Positions 25,665-34,002 of a stretch of DNA of 50,111 nt are shown here, one piece after another. The position numbers and the translations under genes are program-made. The stretch spans positions 1 through 50,111 of the forward strand of contig JADGEP010000001.1 of NCBI GenBank assembly GCA_016744275.1. Direction: 5' to 3'. Positions within the stretch are counted from its first letter, which is position 1, and each line of letters begins with the position of its first letter. This DNA is from Candidatus Krumholzibacteriia bacterium (GTDB taxonomy: Bacteria > Krumholzibacteriota > Krumholzibacteriia > LZORAL124-64-63). A model generated the notes under the pieces. That model saw nothing but the letters and a program-made list of their open reading frames with translations, did no database searches and was not told the DNA's origin.

Positions 25665-27183
25665 GGTCGTCTCCTTCAGATTTCATCAGTGTGAGCGCTC
25701 CGCCCACCACCACCGAAATCATGATCGCCACCGCCGCCGCCACGCCGGGATTTTCACCCGTGGCGCTGGTTCCCGGCACCGCCACTTTACCGTAGTACAT
25801 GGTGAAGTGGACCAACAGGGCGGTCACCGCCGCGCCCACCGCCGCAGCCTTGGGCGTGCGCTTGACGAACATGCCCAGAATGATGGGTACAAAGGCGGCC
25901 GAGAAATAGGCGTAGACTCCGTTTTGGGCAAAAATCGCCACGCTCAGTTTTGGATGCAGCAATTGGTCGCGAGATACAAAAATCGTGACCACGGCCAATA
26001 CGGCGATCACCGCACGGCTGATCATCAGCAGTATTCGGTCGCGGGCCGGAGACCCGTCATCCGGCAAGACACTGCCAGCCAACGGCGTGATCAAATCGCT
26101 GGTGAGGGTCGTTGCCAAAGCCTGGACCAAACCTTCGAGAGTCGAAAGGCCCGCCGAGATCAACCCCATCACCACCACCAAGCCCAACCATACGGGAAAC
26201 TCGTGGATCACATAGGTGGGCACGATGCCGTCCATGCGCAGGGCCACACCGTCGACCGTCAGGTCTGGAAATTCGAGCCGGGCGTATAGGCCCACAAAGA
26301 CCACGGCAAAGAAGATCAACTCGGCGATGACACCGGTTGTGAGGTAGCGGTTCACGTCTCGGTCTGATTTCAGCAGCAAACTCTTGGTGATGATGTGCGG
26401 CTGGCAGACCACCGCAATGCCGACCACGATCTGAGCCACGATGATTTCGAAGTAGCCGCGAAAGAGAAAACTGTCCGGATTCGTGGCGCCCACCAGAGCC
26501 GGATCCACGGCCCGCAACCGATCCAGAAAACCATGCACACCGTCGCTGAAGTTCTCGTAGCCGCTGCCCAACAGCACACCTGCCACCACCAACATCAAAA
26601 CCGCCTGCACCGTATTGGTGTAGACCATGCTGTTGGCGCCGCCGAACATCAGGTAGCCAAAAACAAAGACGACCAACCCCACCAGGATGGTCATTTCCGA
26701 CACGGCCAACGTCTTGCTCAACACCTTGGACAGGCCCACGACGATCAGGACAATGAACGTGATCAATAGCAGCGACAGCACGGCAAAGAACAAACCGAAA
26801 CCTTTGCTTCGGTAGCGGGTGCCCATCCACTGGGCCAGGCTCAAGGCCTTCACGCTGGTGCCGTGCCGGCGGAATCCCTTGGTCAAGACCACCAATGAAA
26901 CCACCGCCGCCAAGGGCAAGACCACCCCGTATGAAAGCACGCCGCTCAAACCATAGAGCGCGATGAATCCGGGGTTGATGATGAACGTCGCGGCGCTGGT
27001 CATCGAGGCGGCCAAAGCCAAACCAACGGCCACCGGCGAAAACGCCACGCTGCCCAAGGCAAAGTCGGCCATCGATCGGTTTTGCCGAGATCCGCGCACC
27101 ACGAAAAACAGGATGATCCCGGCGTACAGGGCTACAACGGCCCATCCGGCGGTGATCATCTGGCTGGAAGCGGCGCTGTTCAT
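25651..27183 (-). CDS. Sodium:solute symporter family (SSF) transporter
   Basis: 510 aa and about 13 TM helices. N-terminal AVVALYAGIILFFVVRGSRQNRSMADFALG resembles the SSF start (...dyflggr). Substrate cannot be read from the sequence. Confidence 0.75.
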   Translation of the reverse strand: MNSAASSQMITAGWAVVALYAGIILFFVVRGSRQNRSMADFALGSVAFSPVAVGLALAASMTSAATFIINPGFIALYGLSGVLSYGVVLPLAAVVSLVVLTKGFRRHGTSVKALSLAQWMGTRYRSKGFGLFFAVLSLLLITFIVLIVVGLSKVLSKTLAVSEMTILVGLVVFVFGYLMFGGANSMVYTNTVQAVLMLVVAGVLLGSGYENFSDGVHGFLDRLRAVDPALVGATNPDSFLFRGYFEIIVAQIVVGIAVVCQPHIITKSLLLKSDRDVNRYLTTGVIAELIFFAVVFVGLYARLEFPDLTVDGVALRMDGIVPTYVIHEFPVWLGLVVVMGLISAGLSTLEGLVQALATTLTSDLITPLAGSVLPDDGSPARDRILLMISRAVIAVLAVVTIFVSRDQLLHPKLSVAIFAQNGVYAYFSAAFVPIILGMFVKRTPKAAAVGAAVTALLVHFTMYYGKVAVPGTSATGENPGVAAAVAIMISVVVGGALTLMKSEGDDHAVS

Positions 27184-27220
27184 GGGTCGGTTTCCTGTGT
27201 TTTGAAGGTCACATTTTTAC

Positions 27221-28210
27221 CTACCAGGTGAAAGCGGCGCAGGCAAAAGCCAAGCCACCGCCCGAACCCATGAAGACGACCAGGTCGCCCGGTTTCAGTT
27301 TGCCCCAGGCATCAGCTTCAGCCAGGCACATCGGGATGCAGGCCGAACCCGTGTACCCATAACGATCCATGACGCAGTGGGTCTTGGTCTCGGGTAAACC
27401 CAACAATTCCAGAGTCTCGCGAATGCTGTTGATGTTGATCTGGGTGAAGAAAATCTGAGTCAGATCTTCCAGCTTGTATCCGGCTTCGGTCACCGTTTCG
27501 CGAACCATGCGCGACCAGGTGGTCGGATTGATTTCTTTGGGGAACTTGCGCACGAAGCGCAGTTGGTGATCGCCGGCGGCGACCATTTCGGCGGTGACCG
27601 GTTGTTTCGAAGCGCCGCCGTAGATTCCCATCCAGTCGGCATACTGGCCTTCGGTGTGCAGCTGTGCGGCCTGCCAGCCACGGTCAGTGGTGGTCGCTTG
27701 CAGGATCACGCCCGCGGCCCCGTCGGCGAACAATGTCACCGTCTTTTTATCGTTCAGGTTCAGGTACTTGCTCATGGCATAGGCCCCGATCACCATCACG
27801 TTGGTGTAGCGCTCATCGCCGCGGATGTACTTGGCGCCCATGTCCAGGGCGGTCACGAATCCGGCGCACGCGGTGTTCACATCGAAGGTGCCGGCGCCCG
27901 AGGCCCCGAGTCGGTCTTGAACCACAGACGCGGTCGAAGGCGAGATGTATTCCGGCGTATCGGTCGCCACGATGATCAGATCCATGTCGCTTGCTTGCAG
28001 GCCGGCTTTTTCCAACAGCGGTTTGGCGCAGGCGGTGACCAGATCAGCGGTGCTTTCATCTGGCCCACACCACCGGCGTTCCTTGATGGTGAGGTTGTTT
28101 TCCAACCAGGTGCCGACGTCTTCGCCCAGCTGTTTGTCGAACCAGGCGTTGGGCACGATCCGCTCGGGAGCGTGCATTGCGGTGGCGACAATGCGTGCGT
28201 TGCGTGTCAT
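27221..28210 (-). CDS. KAS III (FabH)-like thiolase-fold protein with non-canonical active site (Cys only)
   Basis: Collinear with FabH. The active-site Cys is in FDVNTACAGF (Cys115). The HQANxRI position reads FTQININ (Thr256), and the GNTSAAS position reads GYTGSAC (Tyr286). Confidence 0.75.
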   Translation of the reverse strand: MTRNARIVATAMHAPERIVPNAWFDKQLGEDVGTWLENNLTIKERRWCGPDESTADLVTACAKPLLEKAGLQASDMDLIIVATDTPEYISPSTASVVQDRLGASGAGTFDVNTACAGFVTALDMGAKYIRGDERYTNVMVIGAYAMSKYLNLNDKKTVTLFADGAAGVILQATTTDRGWQAAQLHTEGQYADWMGIYGGASKQPVTAEMVAAGDHQLRFVRKFPKEINPTTWSRMVRETVTEAGYKLEDLTQIFFTQININSIRETLELLGLPETKTHCVMDRYGYTGSACIPMCLAEADAWGKLKPGDLVVFMGSGGGLAFACAAFTW

Positions 28211-28954
28211 TTAGGCCACCAACCCGCCGTCAACACTCAGCACGGCGCCATGCACGAAACTTGCTTCGGATGAAGCCAGGAAGAGGTACGCCTGGGCAAT
28301 TTCACTGGGCTCGCCCAAACGCTGCAACGGCGCTTTGCCCGACATCATGTCGCGCACTTTTTCGGGCATGGCCATGACCATTTCGGTGGCGATAAAACCA
28401 GGCGCCACCGCGTTGACCCGCACGCCTTTTCGGCCCAATTCACGAGCCCAAACCTGTGTCATGCCGATCACACCGGCCTTGGTCGCCACGTAGTTGCTCT
28501 GGCCAAAGTTTCCGTACAACGCCACCACGCTGCTGGTATTGACGATGCTGCCGCTGCCCTGAGCCACCATCACGCGACCGGCGGCCTGGCCGCAATTGAA
28601 TACGCCCTTGAGATTGACCGCGATGACCTGGTCGAACTGCTCTTCTTCCATCTTCAAGAGCGTGGCGTCGCGAGTGATGCCCGCATTGTTGATCAGCACA
28701 TCCAGGCTGCCAAATTTTTCGGCCACGGCGGTCACGGCCCCAGCCACCGCTTGGGTATTGCTCACGTCGACTTGGCGGTACTCGGCTTTGTGTCCGGCAC
28801 TGGTCAATTGCGCAGCCAAGGCCTCACCGGCTTCGGCGTTCACATCCCAAATCGAAACGGTCGCCCCTTCGGCGGCGAACAATTCTGAGGTGGCTTTGCC
28901 CAGGCCAGCGGCCCCACCGGTGACGATGGCGACTTTGTCTTGCAAGCGGTTCAT
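28211..28954 (-). CDS. Short-chain dehydrogenase/reductase, FabG-like 3-oxoacyl reductase
   Basis: TGGAAGLGKA (TGxxxGxG), NNAG, and SNYVATKAG (YxxxK). Its stop abuts the KAS III start (TAAATG). Confidence 0.85.
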   Translation of the reverse strand: MNRLQDKVAIVTGGAAGLGKATSELFAAEGATVSIWDVNAEAGEALAAQLTSAGHKAEYRQVDVSNTQAVAGAVTAVAEKFGSLDVLINNAGITRDATLLKMEEEQFDQVIAVNLKGVFNCGQAAGRVMVAQGSGSIVNTSSVVALYGNFGQSNYVATKAGVIGMTQVWARELGRKGVRVNAVAPGFIATEMVMAMPEKVRDMMSGKAPLQRLGEPSEIAQAYLFLASSEASFVHGAVLSVDGGLVA

Positions 28955-28985
28955 GGCATTCTCCCGGCGCCCGCAGGCGCAGCGT

Positions 28986-29513
28986 TCAGTCGTTGCGGGT
29001 TTCTGACCACTCGGCCAGGAAGTTCGCGAAGTGTTTGTTCATCAGGGTGTAGAAGCGTTCCATTTCCGTCATCCGCGTGGCGAATGATTGGGGCAGGTCG
29101 GCTTCTTCTGCGCCAACCAACTCCGTATATTTGTGCGCCAGGGCGAGATTCTGGTGCTGCAGGGCGGCGTGATTGCTGAAGGCCTGGCCAAAGATGTCGG
29201 CCTCGGCTTCGTAATAATCACGACGACTGCCCGGCACCCAGATTCGGCGCACAAGCTTGTGTTCCCGCAGCCGGCTCATGATCTGGCTGACGGGACCTTT
29301 GCTCACATGAAGTTCTTCGGTGATGTCGTCCAGACTCAAGGGCGCACCGTGGTACAACAACAGCCCCACCACCCGGCCCATCAGTTTAGGCAGTCCAAAT
29401 GCCTGGTATCCCCGGCCATAGTCCTGGATGAATTCGGTTTTGATGCGCACGGCGGTGTCGCTCTTGGCGGCTTCCTGGTCAGATGGCGTGGGCTTGGGCA
29501 GATTTGGACGCAT
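28986..29513 (-). CDS. GbsR/MarR-type winged-helix transcriptional regulator
   Basis: FGLPKLMGRVVGLLLYHGAPLSLDDITEELHVSKGPVSQIMSRLREHKLVRR...RRDYYEA is the GbsR-family pattern. ATG 29513 preferred (GGAGAA upstream) over GTG 29579. Confidence 0.7.
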   Translation of the reverse strand: MRPNLPKPTPSDQEAAKSDTAVRIKTEFIQDYGRGYQAFGLPKLMGRVVGLLLYHGAPLSLDDITEELHVSKGPVSQIMSRLREHKLVRRIWVPGSRRDYYEAEADIFGQAFSNHAALQHQNLALAHKYTELVGAEEADLPQSFATRMTEMERFYTLMNKHFANFLAEWSETRND

Positions 29514-29546
29514 CAGGTCTGTTTCTCCGGGATCCGGTGTTCTTAG

Positions 29547-29566
29547 CGTTTGAAAAGTTCCAAACG
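29547..29566. promoter_or_regulatory. Imperfect palindrome between the promoter and start codon of the GbsR-like regulator (candidate auto-operator)
   Basis: CGTTTGaA-AAGT-TcCAAACG. Confidence 0.4.
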
Positions 29567-29567
29567 A

Positions 29568-29595
29568 ACCATACACCACTGTGCAGGAGTGTCAA
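29568..29595 (-). promoter_or_regulatory. Sigma70-like promoter of the regulator-led operon
   Basis: The minus strand reads TTGACA, a 16-nt spacer, then TATGGT, about 55 nt upstream of ATG 29513. Confidence 0.4.
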
Positions 29596-29611
29596 GCCCT
29601 TGATTCAGAGG

Positions 29612-30616
29612 TTATTTGAGCCGCCCGTGCAGGAAATCGGCGATCCAGCTGCCCAGCCGTGGCTGCACCAGATAACCGTAACTCTTGTGCGGATTGCGTT
29701 TCTCGCGCCCCTTGTTGCCGATGTGGGAAACCACTCGAAAGGGGTTGTGGAGCTTCACATAGTCGATGGAGCGGTGTTTGGGTCGGCGCGGCAAAGCGCC
29801 CCGCTTTTTCATATCCTTGAAGAATTCGCCGTCAAAATCGGTGCGGTGGGCCACGACATCGCCCAGGCAGGCGTAGTTGTGCCAGCTTTCGATATTGGTG
29901 GGGTATTGGCGGGTGCTCTTGGCGCTGCCCTTGCGGTGGTGGCGGGCGAACAATAAATCCCGCACCACCTTATCGCCCAGGGGCGAGCCCATGGTGACAA
30001 ACATCTGCACCACTTTTTCGCGGTATTTCTTGAATTCGGGTTCGCTGCGGTGCGAAAAGCGCCACAGCACGTCGTAGGAAATGAAGGTGCCCATGCTGTG
30101 GGATACCAGCGCCACGTCGCAATCGTCATCCCAGGCCTGGCGCAGCGCATCCTCCAGAGGACGGCGCATGCGGTCGCTGATGTATTGGTCGCCGTCATAG
30201 AGGTCGGTTTCACGCAGGTAGCGTTTCATGACGTCATCCTGCACCGTCAGGGCACCGGCCAGCAACTTGACCAGGCTTTCGCCACGACTTTTGAAGAACG
30301 CGCCCACTTTTTCGCCAAATCCGACGTGGAATTTGTCCTTCATCTTGCGGCGTTGGGCGATCACATCATCAACCTGCACCCGCAGTTTTTTGACGTACCT
30401 CTTGTCGTCTTCAATGTGGTGCGGCGTGGCGTTGGCCCAGTAGCCGGACAAGAACGTTTCCGGGCTGTTGTCCAAGGCGGTGGCGAGGCCTTTGTCGTCG
30501 ACCCGGATATTTTCGATTAGGCACTCGGCCCACAAATCATCGAGCACCCGTTGGGGTGGTTTCGAAGCGAGACCGTGGATCATGATGATGCGTTTTTTGG
30601 CGATATCTATGGTCAT
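29612..30616 (-). CDS. Alpha/beta-hydrolase-like (lipase/esterase motif) protein of unknown function
   Basis: ATG 30616 preceded by GGGAGA. IIMIHGLASKP and a GxSxG-type elbow LVSHSMGTF. No signal peptide. Confidence 0.55.
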   Translation of the reverse strand: MTIDIAKKRIIMIHGLASKPPQRVLDDLWAECLIENIRVDDKGLATALDNSPETFLSGYWANATPHHIEDDKRYVKKLRVQVDDVIAQRRKMKDKFHVGFGEKVGAFFKSRGESLVKLLAGALTVQDDVMKRYLRETDLYDGDQYISDRMRRPLEDALRQAWDDDCDVALVSHSMGTFISYDVLWRFSHRSEPEFKKYREKVVQMFVTMGSPLGDKVVRDLLFARHHRKGSAKSTRQYPTNIESWHNYACLGDVVAHRTDFDGEFFKDMKKRGALPRRPKHRSIDYVKLHNPFRVVSHIGNKGREKRNPHKSYGYLVQPRLGSWIADFLHGRLK

Positions 30617-30999
30617 GTTTTTTCTCCCTGGTTTGGACCTTCTCATGATTAAACTCGGTATTGGTCCCAAAATCGATCTCGATTGTCATATTCATACGAA
30701 TCAGAATCAACCACCGAGAGACGGCCGCCTTAGTGGCATATGAGTTTCAATATCGCCCCCCGGGGGATGTTTTCTGACAACCCGCGTCGTGTCATTCTGC
30801 TTGTAGGTGTCACCGGTTGGCCTCTGAACAACAGACTTCCACCTCTCTACTCATATGCACACCCATGCGCGTCATGACGTTATACTCTTAAAACAAAACC
30901 ATTTACGAGTTCTGCATACTGTATATGACACGCTGGAGAGCTTTTTGCTCTGCCTTCGCACCTCCAACCAGAAGAGGGCTCTTGCCAGATACGCCTCAA

Positions 31000-31021
31000 T
31001 CATGCATACTTATATGCATGA
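31000..31021. promoter_or_regulatory. Inverted repeat overlapping the vapB start codon (candidate VapB operator or start-codon-sequestering hairpin)
   Basis: TCATGCATA-ctta-TATGCATGA with 9-bp arms. The right arm contains ATG 31018. A related direct repeat, tgcatactgtatatg, lies at 30913-30927. Confidence 0.45.
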
Positions 31022-31215
31022 GAACCACAATCAACATCGACGACGATCTCCTGTCCCGAGCCTCCGACCTCACCGGCGTGCAGGAAAAGACGTCTCTCGT
31101 CCGGCTCGGATTGCAGGCTTTAATCGCCCGTGAAAGCGCGCGCCGCCTGGCCCGGCTCGGTGGCAGCGAACCCCAACTGGGCGAAATTCCCCGGCGCCCC
31201 AAGGACCAACCATGA
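31018..31215 (+). CDS. vapB: Type II antitoxin, VapB family
   Basis: 65 aa, MRTTINIDDDLLSRASDLTGVQEKTSLVRLGLQALI. Its stop overlaps the vapC start (ATGA). Confidence 0.8.
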   Translation: MRTTINIDDDLLSRASDLTGVQEKTSLVRLGLQALIARESARRLARLGGSEPQLGEIPRRPKDQP

Positions 31216-31577
31216 TCCTGGTCGACACCTCGATCTGGATCGACCACTTGCGGCTCAGCAACCCTCAACTTCAAAATCGGCTGGAGCAGATGCATGTCGC
31301 TGGCCACCCTTTTGTCGTGGGGGAACTGGCGTGTGGAAACCTCCACAATCGAACCGAGATCCTCTCGCTATTTCAAGCCCTTCCTTCAGCCCCCTTGGCG
31401 AGCCATGAGGAAGTGCTGCATTTCATCGAACGCGAAAAACTTTTTGGTCGCAGGCTGGGCTGGGTCGACATGCACTTGTTGGCCTCGGTCAGGCTCATGT
31501 CCGGCAAGCTTTGGACTCGCGACAAGGCCCTGAGCATCGCTGCCCGGGAACTAGGGATAGCAAGCCACTCGGAATAA
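31212..31577 (+). CDS. vapC: Type II toxin, PIN-domain ribonuclease VapC
   Basis: MILVDTSIWIDHLR, the N-terminal acidic PIN signature. 121 aa. Acidic residues later in WVDMHLLA. Confidence 0.85.
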   Translation: MILVDTSIWIDHLRLSNPQLQNRLEQMHVAGHPFVVGELACGNLHNRTEILSLFQALPSAPLASHEEVLHFIEREKLFGRRLGWVDMHLLASVRLMSGKLWTRDKALSIAARELGIASHSE

Positions 31578-31583
31578 AAAAGA

Positions 31584-31607
31584 GCGCCAACACTTCCGTG
31601 TCGGCGC
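31584..31607. terminator. Terminator-like hairpin between vapC and the convergent peptidase gene
   Basis: gcgccaacac-ttcc-gtgtcggcgc (one mismatch), preceded by an A-run. Confidence 0.5.
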
Positions 31608-31647
31608 CCCGTCAACAACTCCCAAAAGGTCTCACGGGAGAACGTTC

Positions 31648-33720
31648 TTACCTCAACATCTTCCAAAGATAAGCGTAGGTCAGGCCCCACATGTAGGCCC
31701 GTTGGTTCATGTTCGCGGCACCACCATGGCCACCTTCGGTGTTCTCGTAGTAGTACACCGGCTTGCCCATGTCGGTCATCTTTTTGACCATCTTGCGCGC
31801 GTGTCCAGGGTGCACCCGATCATCACGCGTAGAGGTCGTGAAGAACACTTCCGGGTAGTCCTTGTTCTTATCCAAATTCTGGTACGGCGACCACTTCTGG
31901 ATGTAGTCCCAATCGTCGGTGTCGGGGTTGCCGTACTCGGCCATCCAGCTCGCGCCGGCCAGCAGTTTGTTGTAGCGCTTCATGTCCAGTAGCGGCACTT
32001 GGCAAACCACGGCGTTGAACAATTCCGGACGCTGGACAAAAGTGCCGCCAACCAACAGGCCGCCCTGCGAACCACCAACAATACCCAGGTGCTTCGGCGA
32101 AGTGACTTTGCGTTCGATCAGATCTTCCGCCACAGCGATGAAATCGTCGAAGTTGGTCTGGTGGTTTTCCTGCATCGCGGCCTTGTGCCACTTGGGACCA
32201 AATTCTCCGCCACCGCGAATGTTCGCCAACACGTAGACGCCACCACGGGCGACCCAACTGGTGCCCACCGTTGCCGAATACTTGGGGCGCATCGAGACTT
32301 CAAACCCGCCGTATCCATACAGCATGGTGGGGTTGTTGCCGTCAGCCTTGTAGCCATTGGGCGTGAAGATGAAGTAGGGAATTTTGGTGCCGTCCTTGGA
32401 CACGGCTTCGAACTGGTCAACATTCATGCCCTCGGCGTCGAAGTATTCGGGCGTGCTCTTCACTTTTTGGCCAACTTCTCCGTTATCAACGAGATACAGG
32501 CTCGAAGGAGTCAGAAAGTCGGTGTAGTTGATGAAGAAGACATCGCTTTCATCATCGGTGCCCAAGACACTGACAGTGCCCAGCCCCGGCAGGATGATTT
32601 CTTCCTTGGTCCAGCCGCCGTCTTCCAGAGTGTACTGGTAAAGCTTGCCACGCACGTTGTCCATCGTGGTGACCAGCACGTGACTGAGGGTGCTTGCGAC
32701 ACCACTGAGGGCCACGCGGTCCTCGGGCTCAAACAGCACTTCAAAATCGCGGGCACCGTTCATGAAGGCGATCAGGTCGATGGACAACAAACTGTCCTGC
32801 AGGTAGGTCTTGCCGCCGATTTCCCAATCGGTGCGCAGGGACACCAGCAGTTGGTCTTTGAAAATGCCCTGGACCTTGGCGTCTTCAGGAATTTCCAGCT
32901 TCGTGTACTTGCCGTCGAACAGCAGCGACATCGTGCCGCGGAAGAACTCGGGGGTCTTATAAGCCAGGTCATAACGCCCGTCGCGGGTGTGCATACTGTA
33001 TACGCCGGCCGAGACGTCCGTCACTTCGCCTTCATAGACCAGGGTTGCGGTGCTCAGGTCGGTGCCACGCTGCCATTCTTTGGCCTGCCGCGGGTAGCCC
33101 GAATCCGTCAAAGAGCCCTCGCCAAAATCGGTGCCGATCCAAACAGTGTCGCGATCTTTCCAACTGACGCTGGCCTTGGCTTCGGGCACGAAAAATCCGT
33201 CTTCCACAAACTTGCGGTCCACGGCGTCAAACTCACGGGTCACCGTGGCGTCACCACCACCGCGTGACAGGGAAATCAGAAAGCGGTCGTACTCCGGGTA
33301 CAAACCGCTGGCGCCTTTCCAAACCCAGTTCTCATCTTCGGCGGTGGCCAGGGCGTCCACGTCGATCACCGTTTCCCAGACGGGAGTCTCGCTCATGTAT
33401 TGGTCGAATGAGGTGCGTCGCCAGATGCCGCGCACGTGGTCCGCATCCTGCCAAAAGTTGTAGAACCACTCACCGTAAACACTGGGATAGGGGATGCGGT
33501 CGCTGGAGTTGAAAATATCCAACAGCTTTTCGTGGATGCCGGCAAATTCGGGCACGGTCTCGAGGGTGGCGGTGTCATTTCCGCTGCGCTCCTTGACCCA
33601 CTCGAGGGCCTTCTCGCCATCAACTTCTTCAAGCCAGAGATAGGGGTCATCTTCACCGGCAAAGCCGGCCGAAGCGGCCAACAACAGGACGATCAGCAAC
33701 AGGGCGTTTGCGAAGCGCAT
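31648..33720 (-). CDS. Prolyl oligopeptidase (S9A family), secreted
   Basis: Signal peptide MRFANALLLIVLLLAASAGFA. DPYLWLEE N-terminus. Nucleophile motif GGSQGGLLVG. RDDRVHPGHARK supplies the Asp/His of the triad. Confidence 0.9.
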   Translation of the reverse strand: MRFANALLLIVLLLAASAGFAGEDDPYLWLEEVDGEKALEWVKERSGNDTATLETVPEFAGIHEKLLDIFNSSDRIPYPSVYGEWFYNFWQDADHVRGIWRRTSFDQYMSETPVWETVIDVDALATAEDENWVWKGASGLYPEYDRFLISLSRGGGDATVTREFDAVDRKFVEDGFFVPEAKASVSWKDRDTVWIGTDFGEGSLTDSGYPRQAKEWQRGTDLSTATLVYEGEVTDVSAGVYSMHTRDGRYDLAYKTPEFFRGTMSLLFDGKYTKLEIPEDAKVQGIFKDQLLVSLRTDWEIGGKTYLQDSLLSIDLIAFMNGARDFEVLFEPEDRVALSGVASTLSHVLVTTMDNVRGKLYQYTLEDGGWTKEEIILPGLGTVSVLGTDDESDVFFINYTDFLTPSSLYLVDNGEVGQKVKSTPEYFDAEGMNVDQFEAVSKDGTKIPYFIFTPNGYKADGNNPTMLYGYGGFEVSMRPKYSATVGTSWVARGGVYVLANIRGGGEFGPKWHKAAMQENHQTNFDDFIAVAEDLIERKVTSPKHLGIVGGSQGGLLVGGTFVQRPELFNAVVCQVPLLDMKRYNKLLAGASWMAEYGNPDTDDWDYIQKWSPYQNLDKNKDYPEVFFTTSTRDDRVHPGHARKMVKKMTDMGKPVYYYENTEGGHGGAANMNQRAYMWGLTYAYLWKMLR

Positions 33721-33897
33721 CGGAGTGCCTCCTTCTTGGAAATGCTCAGTAGCGGGGCTTTGGTCATTTTGACGTCTTGGATCAAAGATTCAAGCTGAAA
33801 CGGCCAGAAGAAAGAGAAATCGACTTCAATTTGACGGTGCCTTCTATCTCTTTTTAAATCAATCAAATACGGCTGCCACCAATCCTCCGCAACGCCG

Positions 33898-33912
33898 CGT
33901 ATACTGTATACG
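33898..33912. promoter_or_regulatory. Perfect 15-bp palindrome containing the recurrent ATACTGTATA motif
   Basis: CGTATAC-T-GTATACG in the divergent intergenic region between the prolyl oligopeptidase and beta-propeller genes. Confidence 0.45.
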
Positions 33913-34002
33913 TCGTTATTTTTGAAAATTCACCTACAACAAACACTCGATCTGCCCGTACGATTCCTGCAGCAATCGGCCCCAGCCAAACAGGAGAACA
34001 AG

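Noticed and set aside
26057-27145. A 362-aa ORF in an alternative frame on the same strand as the symporter gene.
   Set aside because: It overlaps the 510-aa SSF transporter ORF almost entirely. The transporter ORF has coherent TM helices, whereas the alternative frame is Arg/Gly-rich nonsense.
30855-31133. A 92-aa ORF in the AT-rich region upstream of vapB, overlapping it.
   Set aside because: It has His/Arg-rich low-complexity translation, overlaps the well-supported vapB frame, and has no SD.
33898-33912. A LexA SOS box, because TACTGTATA resembles the E. coli half-site.
   Set aside because: None of the four copies has the CTGT-N8-ACAG spacing. For example, the CTGT at 33904 is followed 8 nt later by ttat. 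No SOS genes are adjacent either.
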